A stretch of DNA of 64,000 nt from Epithemia pelagica (taxonomy: Eukaryota; Protista; Bacillariophyta), in the NCBI GenBank assembly GCA_946965045.2, contig OX337228.1:5766001-5830000 (forward strand), given 5' to 3'. A program made the translations under genes and the position numbers. Position 1 is the first letter of the stretch; the number at the start of each line of letters is the position of its first letter. The notes beneath the pieces are model-generated. The model was given only the letters and a program-made list of their open reading frames with translations, did not search any database and was not told the DNA's origin. This document shows positions 34,304-43,943 of this stretch, one piece after another.

Positions 34304-34310
34304 GAGGGGA
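34304..34310 (+). other. Polypurine tract
   Basis: GAGGGGA ending 1 nt before the 3' LTR. Confidence 0.6.
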
Positions 34311-34311
34311 C

Positions 34312-34422
34312 CAAGAAACGGTCGCGGTATTGAGCGAGATTTTAGCGAAACATAGACCTCTAGGTTAGAGGATCCTAATAGTCACTCTTTTGAAATATGA
34401 CTGGTATCATGACCGAATTTTG
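34312..34422 (+). repeat. 3' LTR (111 bp)
   Basis: Identical to the 5' LTR; followed by TGTC (34423-34426). Confidence 0.95.
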
Positions 34423-34889
34423 TGTCGACGTTCTTTATTCTTCACCCAAGATCGACCTATCCCATTCAAGAACAACAGTATACCCTACCAGGTTGCATAT
34501 TTTGATATTTGGGGACGGGCCCACAATTTTTTGGCCTTGTCGACTGACGTCCGTAGTAATTTCCTTTTGTGTCTACCTTTTTATTGCATTTATCTCGTCG
34601 ACATGCTTTGTTTGAGCGCACGGTGACCCTCCTAACGAGTAGGAGTACAAAACTGCATGGATCGCTCACACTCGCACACCATAGCTATGACGGTGGCTGC
34701 TAGAGGTTGTCTTTGTCAAGATTCCGGGCGTGAGAGACAATAGAATGGAGAAGCAAGAACGAGGTTCTAGTACTACGAATATGAAATATGAGCTACTTCC
34801 TTGGATTGCAATAGTATTCTGTTGCTCTCGGTTTGTTTAGAACTAGAAGCAACTATCGAATTATCAAAAGGCATCCATGTCTTCGACTG

Positions 34890-37292
34890 CTATGCATCCG
34901 TACTCCGCTTTCCTGGATGCGGCCCAAACCGATTTCTCAAAATAGCCAACATAATTCCAACAACAATGAGACCCACAACGATTCGAAAGGGTATAGAGGA
35001 ACCGGCATGGACGGTCACGCGGTAGCCCCAAACAGCGTCTTGAGTGACAACCATTACATCGGTTGTTCCATCGCCATTAAAGTCCACGAGAATGGGTCTG
35101 CTGATGGAGGGCTGAGGAATCGATGCAGTGGAGAGGACTTTTCCATGTCCGGGAGATATCAAAGCCATACTCTTATCACCTACCAGCAGCATTGGCCTGG
35201 CGGACTCGGCTACACCCCGAGTATTAATTCGATCGAACGTCGTAAGATATCCGTCTTCCCACGTAGGAAACTCGTCATAGCTGTTCCCATTCAATATCCA
35301 ACTCCGTCGGCCATTCTTTCCCCGGAACCGCTGAACGGTTTGGTCATTGAGCGCCACCACGACATCGTTGCCTTTTCCATACAAGGTCTCCACGGCAAGG
35401 AGAGGAGCAAAATCCAATGTGTCTCCGTAGTCTTTCGGGTTGTTGCCACAAAGATTCACTGAGAAAAGTTCTTCCTTCGGAGGTACCCCAGAAAGGGCCA
35501 TGAGATGACAGAGCCTTTCAGCTTGGTCTTCCAACTGTGCGTCCGTTTTCTCGTTTTCGGTCGAATCATCCGCCAGCATCTTGGACTCTTTTAGTCTAGA
35601 CACCATCTTTGAGATCCATTTGTTATCTTCATATTTGTCATCATTCTGGATCAAATGATCTCCAGTCAATGCAAATATCGCATCGAGGACGCCATCATGA
35701 TTAAGATCCGAGTATAGAGTCTCCTCCCACAGTGAGAGGTGACAAACAGCTCTTCCGTTCTTGAGGGAACGGACTTCGATTCCCGTTTCACTCTTAGTCG
35801 CAATCACATTGGGTTTTCCTCGTTGGGGTTGGGCTTTGGCCCTGCGAGATCGTCGTGAAAACACACGCTTCCAGGAGAGTTTCTTTGCCTCTGTCGATCC
35901 AACTGTGTTGGAAGCCGACCCGCTGCTGCCTAACGCTTTCCTTTTCTTTTTGGCCTGGATGGCGTGTGAGTTATGCTGCTGTTGTTCAAAATGGAGAGTA
36001 GTCGTCGATGCATCTGCCTCACTCCAATACATATACGGAAGAATGTCACTGGAAGTCAAGATAGAGCGCCGATACGCATGTAGGCAATTGGAATCCGCGG
36101 CCAGGTTTTTCTTCTCATTGACATGTGGTTTGAGGGATCGTCGTCGGGCACTGGATTGAAGCGAACTAACCAATGGCAATGGCAGTTTCTCTTTTTCCTT
36201 ATTATCGTTCCCACTGTTGAGTGATGCATCCCAAACTGTCTTGCCTGTTTCCGCTTCAAACGCCATGGTGATTCTTCCTTCTTGTGACGCATCATCGTCG
36301 TCCCCGGGGCGTTTGTATATCAACAAGGCTTGTACGACAACAATACCACTTTGGATACCAGCATCTGTCCCATCGACGTAAGTCAGTGAGACACCACTCC
36401 ATTCAGTGGGTAAAATTTCTTTATTCGGAACAACGCTCGTATCCCACATTCGCCGAATGCCAATGAGTTCTTTGACCTTGCTTCTTTTTATTGTCTTTGT
36501 CGTGGCATTTGATGGAAAGTCACCAGTCAGGCTGTGCATGACCAGGGCACCGTTGGACCAGAGCGAAAACACACTGGGCAATCCTCCAGCTGGTGTAACA
36601 AGCAGATCATTGATGCTCAAACTTAAATCATCCTTACTACCTGATTCTTGTCGATGTATATCCGCAATGTCACACGGCGTATCAGCATAGCAGTGTTGGT
36701 CATCTGGACATTCTGCCGCAGTCCCTTCTGGACAAGGGACAGCACATTGTTGAGCGGCATGATGCCAATCGTTACCACAAAAATAATGACGATTCCGATC
36801 GTTCAGTTCGGAATTCTTGTAATGAGTCATGGTCAAAGGTGCTTTCTTTTGAGAAGCACCATTTCTCTGAAGGAGGACGTGTCCAGTGGCCAGCTTGATC
36901 GGCATGATAGCACTATCCTTGGTCAGCTGCAGACCAGGTTGTAGATTGAGCGGTTCCGATTGATACAACGTTTTTGGACGAAAGGGTGCCATATGCGTCT
37001 TGTCGGTGGATGCTGCAGGCTTTAAATCTAAAACTTGAACTTGCCAGCCATCCGACTTTTCGTCATGCAAGACCGACGCCAAGGCCTCCGCCGTCCCATC
37101 GCCGTCGACATCCAACACAACGGGCGCCAGTGCAATCCGATGAAGCTGTCCGTTGGACACAGAATGTTCCCTTCCAACGTAGAAGCTCAGCTGAACGTTA
37201 GCCGACAAGGAGTCCGACGGATCATCACTGGCTAACTTTGCCAAAACAAATATTGCCAAGGCCGCAGCGAAATCACGTGGGCGCAGCATCAT
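34890..37292 (-). CDS. Type I membrane protein with FG-GAP-like repeats (resembles plant NERD1-type proteins)
   Basis: Signal peptide; VVLDVDGDGT, YSDLNHDGVLD, ILVDFNGDGTTDVMVVT; C-terminal TM helix and short basic tail. NERD1 similarity is from memory. Confidence 0.8.
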   Translation of the reverse strand: MMLRPRDFAAALAIFVLAKLASDDPSDSLSANVQLSFYVGREHSVSNGQLHRIALAPVVLDVDGDGTAEALASVLHDEKSDGWQVQVLDLKPAASTDKTHMAPFRPKTLYQSEPLNLQPGLQLTKDSAIMPIKLATGHVLLQRNGASQKKAPLTMTHYKNSELNDRNRHYFCGNDWHHAAQQCAVPCPEGTAAECPDDQHCYADTPCDIADIHRQESGSKDDLSLSINDLLVTPAGGLPSVFSLWSNGALVMHSLTGDFPSNATTKTIKRSKVKELIGIRRMWDTSVVPNKEILPTEWSGVSLTYVDGTDAGIQSGIVVVQALLIYKRPGDDDDASQEGRITMAFEAETGKTVWDASLNSGNDNKEKEKLPLPLVSSLQSSARRRSLKPHVNEKKNLAADSNCLHAYRRSILTSSDILPYMYWSEADASTTTLHFEQQQHNSHAIQAKKKRKALGSSGSASNTVGSTEAKKLSWKRVFSRRSRRAKAQPQRGKPNVIATKSETGIEVRSLKNGRAVCHLSLWEETLYSDLNHDGVLDAIFALTGDHLIQNDDKYEDNKWISKMVSRLKESKMLADDSTENEKTDAQLEDQAERLCHLMALSGVPPKEELFSVNLCGNNPKDYGDTLDFAPLLAVETLYGKGNDVVVALNDQTVQRFRGKNGRRSWILNGNSYDEFPTWEDGYLTTFDRINTRGVAESARPMLLVGDKSMALISPGHGKVLSTASIPQPSISRPILVDFNGDGTTDVMVVTQDAVWGYRVTVHAGSSIPFRIVVGLIVVGIMLAILRNRFGPHPGKRSTDA

Positions 37293-37366
37293 TGTCGTGG
37301 ATTCGATTCAGCACAACAGAATTTTCCCGAGATATCCATTGGAGGGAGGTGCGCAAACAATAGCTA

Positions 37367-37396
37367 TACTCCTACTCCTCTCTAGAGCTAGGAGTA
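37367..37396. promoter_or_regulatory. Inverted pair of TACTCCTA/TAGGAGTA motifs in a divergent promoter (representative of about 10 intergenic copies)
   Basis: TACTCCTACTCCTCTCTAGAGCTAGGAGTA; the same octamer occurs in six other spacers. Function inferred. Confidence 0.45.
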
Positions 37397-37539
37397 GCTA
37401 GTTCTACTACAGATTGGGGGAGCCATCATATTCCCATCCCACTCCCACTCGCACCTCACACCGCCCCCACTTTTAGACCCGAAAGAAAGTCACGTGACTT
37501 TTTTGGTCCCTCGAATCTCACAAATCTCAGATTGCAAAC

Positions 37540-39082
37540 ATGGTCATCATTGGCTTGAACGATCGCCTTTTGGCGCTGTTGCCTTTGGCTCCAGTAGCCT
37601 TGTTTACCATTCCTCTTATTGGAAACCCGGTTGAGACTGCGCAGAGTTGGATTCAGTTTGTTTTGACGAGTGACAACAACAATGATCAAGACACATCCTC
37701 TCGCCCCCCTCCGCCCGTTGCATCGCAGCTTTTGGCATACTTGATGGTCGCCTTCTTGGGATTCATATTGACCGATCGACTTATTCCAAATATTTCACAA
37801 TATACGCTACGTAAGGGGATTAGTGGGAGGGATTTGGGGAAGAGAGGAACACCGCTGGGAGACAAGGACATGTACGTTGTTCAGCACCCTTTTTTTGCAA
37901 AAGTGCGTCGAGCCAAATGCTCAAGATGTTCTGTTCCAAAATTTTGCTAGACCAGAAGCCTTGGGGATTGTTACAGGGACAGTATTTCTGGTGTGCTTAA
38001 TCTTCTGCTTGGTCGGATATGCGCAGTCGAATCCGACAAAATTACTTGATGTGAACGCAGCTTTGCTTTCGATTTGTTTCATGTTATTTTTGGGCTTCAC
38101 GGACGACGTCCTGGACTGGCCATGGCGATACAAACTTATACTACCCACTGTAGCATCTCTGCCGCTTTTGTGTTCATATTCCGGAAGCACGTCGGTTGTG
38201 ACTCCACTTCCAATTCGAGCGATGGTATGGCATGACGGATCCTTTACATGGCTGGGGAATCTTTTGAATCTTGTTGTGACCATAGATGCACAAGCAGAGG
38301 GTGCTGTCGTGGAAACGGGGTGGTTGTATATGGTTTATATGGGGATGCTGGCAGTCTTTTGCACCAATGCGATTAACATTTATGCGGGTGTGAACGGTCT
38401 CGAGGCCGGCCAATCCTACATTATCGGGTGCGCTGTGCTTGTTCACAACTTGATTGAGATTCGGTTCTGCGACGAAAATACCCAACTTTGTAACAATCAC
38501 CTGTTCTCTGCAATGCTAGTCCTCTCCTTCGTGGGAGTGACAATGGCTCTGCTCCGGCACAATTGGTATCCTGCAAGGTAAGGACGGACGGGCTGAACCT
38601 CATGAAAGTGCATTGGGAAAGCACCTCACATCATGTTTCTTTTGGGTCCATCTAGCTGCTTCGTTGGCGATACGTTTTGCTACCAAGCTGGTGTTACCTT
38701 TGCCGTGGTGGGTATTTTGGGGCATTTTTCCAAAACACTGCTGCTATTCTTCATTCCCCAAATTGTGAATTTCGTGTGGTCATGTCCGCAACTCTTCAAA
38801 CTTGTGCCTTGCCCTCGCCATCGCTTGCCGAGATTCAACCCAGAAACAGGGCTCTGTGAGGCATCCACCTTTCCTTGCAAAGAAAAAGACTTTAAGTGGC
38901 TTAAACGAAGACCAGACGACAAAGAATGTCCCAATATGACACTAATCTGTTTGTGTCTGCAGATACTGGGACCAATGAAAGAACGAAATCTCTGTATCAC
39001 CTTGCTTGCACTTCAGGCATTCTCCTGTTTGTTTGCGTTCTACATTCGCTATCATGTATCACAATTCTTGTTCGATCAATGA
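37540..39082 (+). CDS. DPAGT1: UDP-GlcNAc:dolichyl-phosphate GlcNAc-1-phosphotransferase, 3 exons
   Basis: Introns 37872-37950 and 38578-38655. [63 protein letters not shown]. Confidence 0.96.
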
Positions 39083-39258
39083 TACCGTAACATAACAGCA
39101 TTCTAGAACTGGTGTTCTATCCAAGACTATTCGATTCGAGTATTGATTGAAGGTTTGTTCATCCAGAGTTGGGACGGCGTACAGTATGCAGCAAGGATCA
39201 GAACCTTTCATCCCGACCAATACTCTTCCGATAATGTACTCTTGTGTTGGAGTTTTGT

Positions 39259-39609
39259 TCATGGTTCTGTATCCTTGTTGTTTGGCGCCACCTTCGATCT
39301 TGGCAGTTGAATTCCCACTGTATGTCCTGCATATTCTTTTACGAGGATCACAGAAGTGTCAGTTTCGATTGTGATGAGTGGTTTAGGAGCATCTTCGCCA
39401 CTGTCCTTCGACGCTGACTCCTGCAATTTGGACGCTAACTTGGCCATGTTCGAGTACACCCCGACCCGATCTACCAGGACGCTTTTATCGTTGCTTTTTA
39501 TACTGAGTGGCAAACCTTGAGCATCACTGCAAACAATCCCGGTCTGATCGACCGATAATATTGATTCTATCAATGCGGACCCATTCATAGTAGGCGACGG
39601 GGAGCTCAT
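39259..39609 (-). CDS. LAMTOR5: LAMTOR5/HBXIP-like roadblock-fold protein
   Basis: 116 aa; GIVCSDAQGL...GVYSNMAKLASKL...PLITIETDTSVILVKEYAGHTVGI parallels human GVLCTDSQGL...GVISVLAQQAAKL...[24 protein letters not shown]. Confidence 0.7.
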   Translation of the reverse strand: MSSPSPTMNGSALIESILSVDQTGIVCSDAQGLPLSIKSNDKSVLVDRVGVYSNMAKLASKLQESASKDSGEDAPKPLITIETDTSVILVKEYAGHTVGIQLPRSKVAPNNKDTEP

Positions 39610-39750
39610 GGTGTCTTCGGGCCGAGGGTGGAGAAGCAAATAATTTTTTATCAAGAGGTGGATGAGTCGCGTTTGGGTCTCTGATCTTTCTGACAAGTGG
39701 AAGCATCACATCATCATAATCCTAATTTTTGAACATCTGATGTCTCGACG

Positions 39751-41418
39751 ATGATGATGAACAAAACCTACCAAAGACCTCGACAATACTTAGTTTTTAT
39801 CGCACTGTATTGCCTTGCTCTTTCGGATAGCACTGGCGCCACAGATTATCCTTGGTTTGCCCGCCACAGCGGAGCATCGACCAAGGCTAGGGACACAATA
39901 ACACCATGGAGGAGCGTTACAGAAATCCTTCGTGGTGGTGGAGTGAAAAATGACGATGAAAAAGAATCCAAAATGGAAAGTAAAGCACAAGAAGAGTCCG
40001 AGGAAGCACCACTGAAAAATAAAAAGGCCAAACAGAAAAAAAAGAATACCAATAAGACAAAATCGAGCAAGAAAAAGGGAAGAACGCCGAAAAAGACGGA
40101 CGTAGGTCAAAGTAAAAAGAAAATCGAGGAAGTTCTCAAAACAGATCCTTCACAAATGATGGGTGACGCCATTCGAGAAAGAGCTGACCAATTGCTGTCC
40201 TCCCCTCTATCGTCGAGGATAGGCAAAAATCCTTTGTTAGACCGCATTGATGATACATTTCGATCTGTTGGATGGGCCCTCGGTTCATCCGATCAACTTG
40301 GATCTCTGATATCTGGAGAAGCGCATCCAAAAATATCTCCTAATGTCAAAGGCGATGCCAGCGTTGACTTGGACCAACAAGAAACAGGGGAAGTGGAGGC
40401 ATCCACAACTCCTGTCCTTGTTTATTACTTCATGCGAAGCCATGGCGGTGCTCATGCTGTTCAATCCATTTGCAGTCTCCTTGCCACATTGACTGGGATA
40501 GGCGCTATACTTTCATCCTTATTGATTCCCAAGGTTCGGTCCACGTCGCTGGTTGTGTCCGATGCCACTCTTGGTCTCGTTTTCCGTTGCCTTCTTTTTG
40601 CCATGATCAAACATATGACAGGTATTTTGGCCACTGGTGCATTGGCAGCCAGGGCCATACCTCAAATTGGATTACGCAACACCCGTAGTTGGATTCACGG
40701 TTTGGTTCACGATCCCATATCACAGTATGTCTTTTACTGTGCGTGCGTTTCCTTCTGGTTGCCCACTTCGACAGCGTCCCATCCTCGTTGGTGGCAGTCG
40801 CATGCTTTAGCACCGCTTTGTCTCGTCGGACCGGTGGTGTTTCGAGAAGTAATCAACACGGTTTATGTCATTTCTGATATCCTGGTGTTGTGGAAGTGCA
40901 CGAACCAGGATGACAGCAAGACTGCTGTTACGACGGTACTTCAAAGAATAATTCAGCTTTCAGCATCTATACTGGATGCCGCGATGAGCGTCCTCTTTAC
41001 CTCCAAGATATGGCGCTCCTCTGATGCATTGCAACGGCAAGCTATTTTAGCAAAACTAGTCGGTCGCGTAAGTCTTGGCGGGGAAGTCCTTGTTGGTGTC
41101 TTGATGACTGCCGATGCAGCAGCACTTTCCTTCTTCGCACTATACAAAGCCAAGGATCGTGCATCATTTGGCGCGTTGTTTAAATCATGCCTCTGCACCC
41201 AGCTCTACTTGAGATTTCTGTTGGTTCGACGCCGCAATATTGCACGGTTGGCGACTCAAATGCGTGGTGGAGCTGCTAGATTACCAATGTATGTTCTCGA
41301 TGTGTTGCTCGATCCTGCTGCAGCGATGGGATTGGACTTAAACACGGCTAGAACCGTGCCAGCTTCAAACTCGACGATGCTTTGGAAAGATAGGATTTCG
41401 AAAAACTTAAGAATGTAA
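39751..41418 (+). CDS. Signal-peptide multi-pass membrane protein (possibly TMEM33/Pom33-like C-terminal half)
   Basis: 555-aa ORF; N-terminal hydrophobic signal, LRGG, Lys-rich stretch, several TM segments. Family assignment weak. Confidence 0.75.
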   Translation: MMMNKTYQRPRQYLVFIALYCLALSDSTGATDYPWFARHSGASTKARDTITPWRSVTEILRGGGVKNDDEKESKMESKAQEESEEAPLKNKKAKQKKKNTNKTKSSKKKGRTPKKTDVGQSKKKIEEVLKTDPSQMMGDAIRERADQLLSSPLSSRIGKNPLLDRIDDTFRSVGWALGSSDQLGSLISGEAHPKISPNVKGDASVDLDQQETGEVEASTTPVLVYYFMRSHGGAHAVQSICSLLATLTGIGAILSSLLIPKVRSTSLVVSDATLGLVFRCLLFAMIKHMTGILATGALAARAIPQIGLRNTRSWIHGLVHDPISQYVFYCACVSFWLPTSTASHPRWWQSHALAPLCLVGPVVFREVINTVYVISDILVLWKCTNQDDSKTAVTTVLQRIIQLSASILDAAMSVLFTSKIWRSSDALQRQAILAKLVGRVSLGGEVLVGVLMTADAAALSFFALYKAKDRASFGALFKSCLCTQLYLRFLLVRRRNIARLATQMRGGAARLPMYVLDVLLDPAAAMGLDLNTARTVPASNSTMLWKDRISKNLRM

Positions 41419-41583
41419 CATCAGCCTTTCATTCAGTTGATTTTCTAGGGCCAGATTTTTGCGTATGGCAGGTTGTGTAAGTAGACGAGGTTCATTCGTA
41501 TTGAGTATGTTCTCTTCAAACAGTTTCCCAGTTGTTTAAAAAATCATTTATAGCGTTGTCAGGTTGAATAGTGCTACATGAAG

Positions 41584-41997
41584 CTACTGAAACATCGATT
41601 GAAGCAGATTATCAAGCCGCTTGGGCCTTTCTGATTCGTTGCACTTCTCAGCAAACAAATACCCAAACGGCAGATAGCATATAGATGCTCGAGGATCAAT
41701 GGTGTGGAACACCACAATGTCACTTTCTCCCACGAAAGAATCTTCATGATAATGATCACCGTGCTCTGCCGATACAGTCTCAGGAATTGAACTATCCTGC
41801 ACATCCGCCGCTAGTTCTGGTTTCGCAAAACCCGAAGTTGAAGATACGTGGTCGTTTGACTGATGCTCAGATTTGACGACATCGGGTCTCGAGAGATGAT
41901 CTACTCGATTTCTGTCACTGGCATTTTCTTTCCTTGAATCAGCTTTCACTTCGACCGACTGTTTCATTTTAGGTGGTAGTGGCACCGGTCGAGACAT
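41584..41997 (-). CDS. Hypothetical protein, possibly the 3' part of a gene broken by the assembly gap
   Basis: Open frame runs from the gap to 41584 with hydrophilic, protein-like composition; no motif recognised. Confidence 0.3.
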   Translation of the reverse strand: MSRPVPLPPKMKQSVEVKADSRKENASDRNRVDHLSRPDVVKSEHQSNDHVSSTSGFAKPELAADVQDSSIPETVSAEHGDHYHEDSFVGESDIVVFHTIDPRASICYLPFGYLFAEKCNESERPKRLDNLLQSMFQ

Positions 41998-42060
41998 ATT
42001 GTCTCTTCGACTTCGGGATTGAGAATTGGAAAGATGCTGCGTTGAGGAAATCAACGGTGG

Positions 42061-42260
42061 NNNNNNNNNNNNNNNNNNNNNNNNNNNNNNNNNNNNNNNN
42101 NNNNNNNNNNNNNNNNNNNNNNNNNNNNNNNNNNNNNNNNNNNNNNNNNNNNNNNNNNNNNNNNNNNNNNNNNNNNNNNNNNNNNNNNNNNNNNNNNNNN
42201 NNNNNNNNNNNNNNNNNNNNNNNNNNNNNNNNNNNNNNNNNNNNNNNNNNNNNNNNNNNN
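42061..42260. other. Assembly gap (200 N)
   Basis: Run of N. Confidence 1.
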
Positions 42261-42627
42261 ATCCCAGGTAGACAGTCCACGGCCTTGTCTCGCTAAATAA
42301 GTCACAATAAATGAAGTCATACGTAGGCGCATTGAATACAATAGGGGATATCTGTACCGACCGTGACATTTATTCGGATGACCTCCGGGTACTTTGGGTA
42401 CCGGATACCATGTCCGAAGGACGAATGACCTTCGCCATCGGCACACTCGGAAGTCGATTTCGGGGGCAACATACAATAGCTGTCGTGCCCTGAAATTAGT
42501 GCCCCCAAAACAAAATTAGTAGGATGTAGTAAAATGGTAAGAGGTAATTCATTTTCCTCATCGTCCTCTCGTAAAGACGTAGGGACGCGATACTGTGACG
42601 GATCCACACAAGCCCCGTTGAAGCACC

Positions 42628-43317
42628 ATGTCCAAACTTAATTCAGATCTGCTGCAACAGGCGGTATCACGCATCTTGTCCTACTCTGGCGGTGAAGAGG
42701 TGGATATGGATGGAAAGGCCGTTCAGGGCAAGAAGCGAAATTTCACCGAGACGATTGAAGCCCAGTTCACCTTGAAGAACTACGATCCTGTTCGTGACAA
42801 ACGTTTTTCTGGTACTTTCAAACTCCCCAAGGTTCCTCGACCTGGTCTCAAGGCCTGCGTCCTCGGAAATGCTGCCCATTGCGAACAGGCCGATCGTATT
42901 GGTGTGGACCACATGTCCGTTGAAGACTTGAAAAAGCTCAACAAGAACAAGAAATTGGTAAAGAAGTTGGCGAAGCGATACGATTTCTTTATGGCTTCTG
43001 ACAACATGATTAAGCAGATTCCTCGATTGCTAGGTCCCGGTTTGACGAAGGCAGGAAAGTTTCCTACGCTCCTTGCCAGTGGAGATGACATGCAAGAAAA
43101 GATTGATGAGCAAAAGGCCACCATCAAGTTTCAGATGAAGAAAGTTATGTGTCTGAATGTGGCGGTGGGAAATGTGGAAATGACGGAAAAGGAAATCATT
43201 GTGAACACCCAACTGGCTGCTAACTTCTTGGCCAGTTTGTTGAAGAAGCAATGGCAAAATATTGGACAGATCTACGTCAAGAGCACCATGGGACCGTCGA
43301 TTCAGGTTTACTTCTAG
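42628..43317 (+). CDS. RPL10A: 60S ribosomal protein L10a (uL1)
   Basis: [62 protein letters not shown]. Confidence 0.98.
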   Translation: MSKLNSDLLQQAVSRILSYSGGEEVDMDGKAVQGKKRNFTETIEAQFTLKNYDPVRDKRFSGTFKLPKVPRPGLKACVLGNAAHCEQADRIGVDHMSVEDLKKLNKNKKLVKKLAKRYDFFMASDNMIKQIPRLLGPGLTKAGKFPTLLASGDDMQEKIDEQKATIKFQMKKVMCLNVAVGNVEMTEKEIIVNTQLAANFLASLLKKQWQNIGQIYVKSTMGPSIQVYF

Positions 43318-43943
43318 TCGTACCTGTAGGTCTTTGATAAACTCAAAATCATTCAAGGAGAAACGAGCATCGTGCTATTATTTTTCTAGGAGAGTATGAG
43401 CATGGATAGGAATGTTGAAAGGATAGCTGTTCATAGCTACCCGCTAAGAAAGAGGACTTTCGGTGTCATGGAGTATCTCATTCATTATGTCTGAAATCTC
43501 AGCACAATAGCTTTTCTACACAGCTCGTCGGTTTTCACATGGAGCGGACGACGATGAGATTCAGATTTGCGAAGGTTGTCCGAACAACGGAGAGCATGAT
43601 ATGCGTATGTTGCTCTCTCTAGGAGTATGAGTATGAGTATGTGTTACTCCTATGGTCCATTGTTTGTCCAGCACCCAGATTGTAGGTAGATGATTCCCAC
43701 CATTCGTTCGTGAATGCGAAGCTGGTCGAGCTTCAATCGCAGAAGAGATCAGGAGTCAGGAGGGACCTGTATGTGTGCACGTCTGTAATAGTGCTGTAGT
43801 ATGGAGCGCGCGCGAAGTTCATCGCCCGCCTGCTCGTCCTTGTCTTGTTTGTGGGAGGGAGTCCGAACCATGACGAGCGCAGATCTAATGTAGAGAATTC
43901 AATTTGAATGTTGTAGGAGCGAGAGAGTTGATGGTTCGACTTG

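Larger units (their letters stand above)
28109..34422 (+). mobile_element. Full-length Ty1/copia (CoDi-like) LTR retrotransposon
   Basis: Identical 111-bp direct repeats at both ends, TGTC duplicated on both flanks, gag followed by PR-IN-RT-RH in copia order. Confidence 0.97.

Noticed and set aside
42317-42607. Minus-strand ORF upstream of the gap (…GIRYPKYPEVIRINV…)
   Set aside because: Could be a 5' exon of a gap-spanning gene but cannot be linked across the 200 N.
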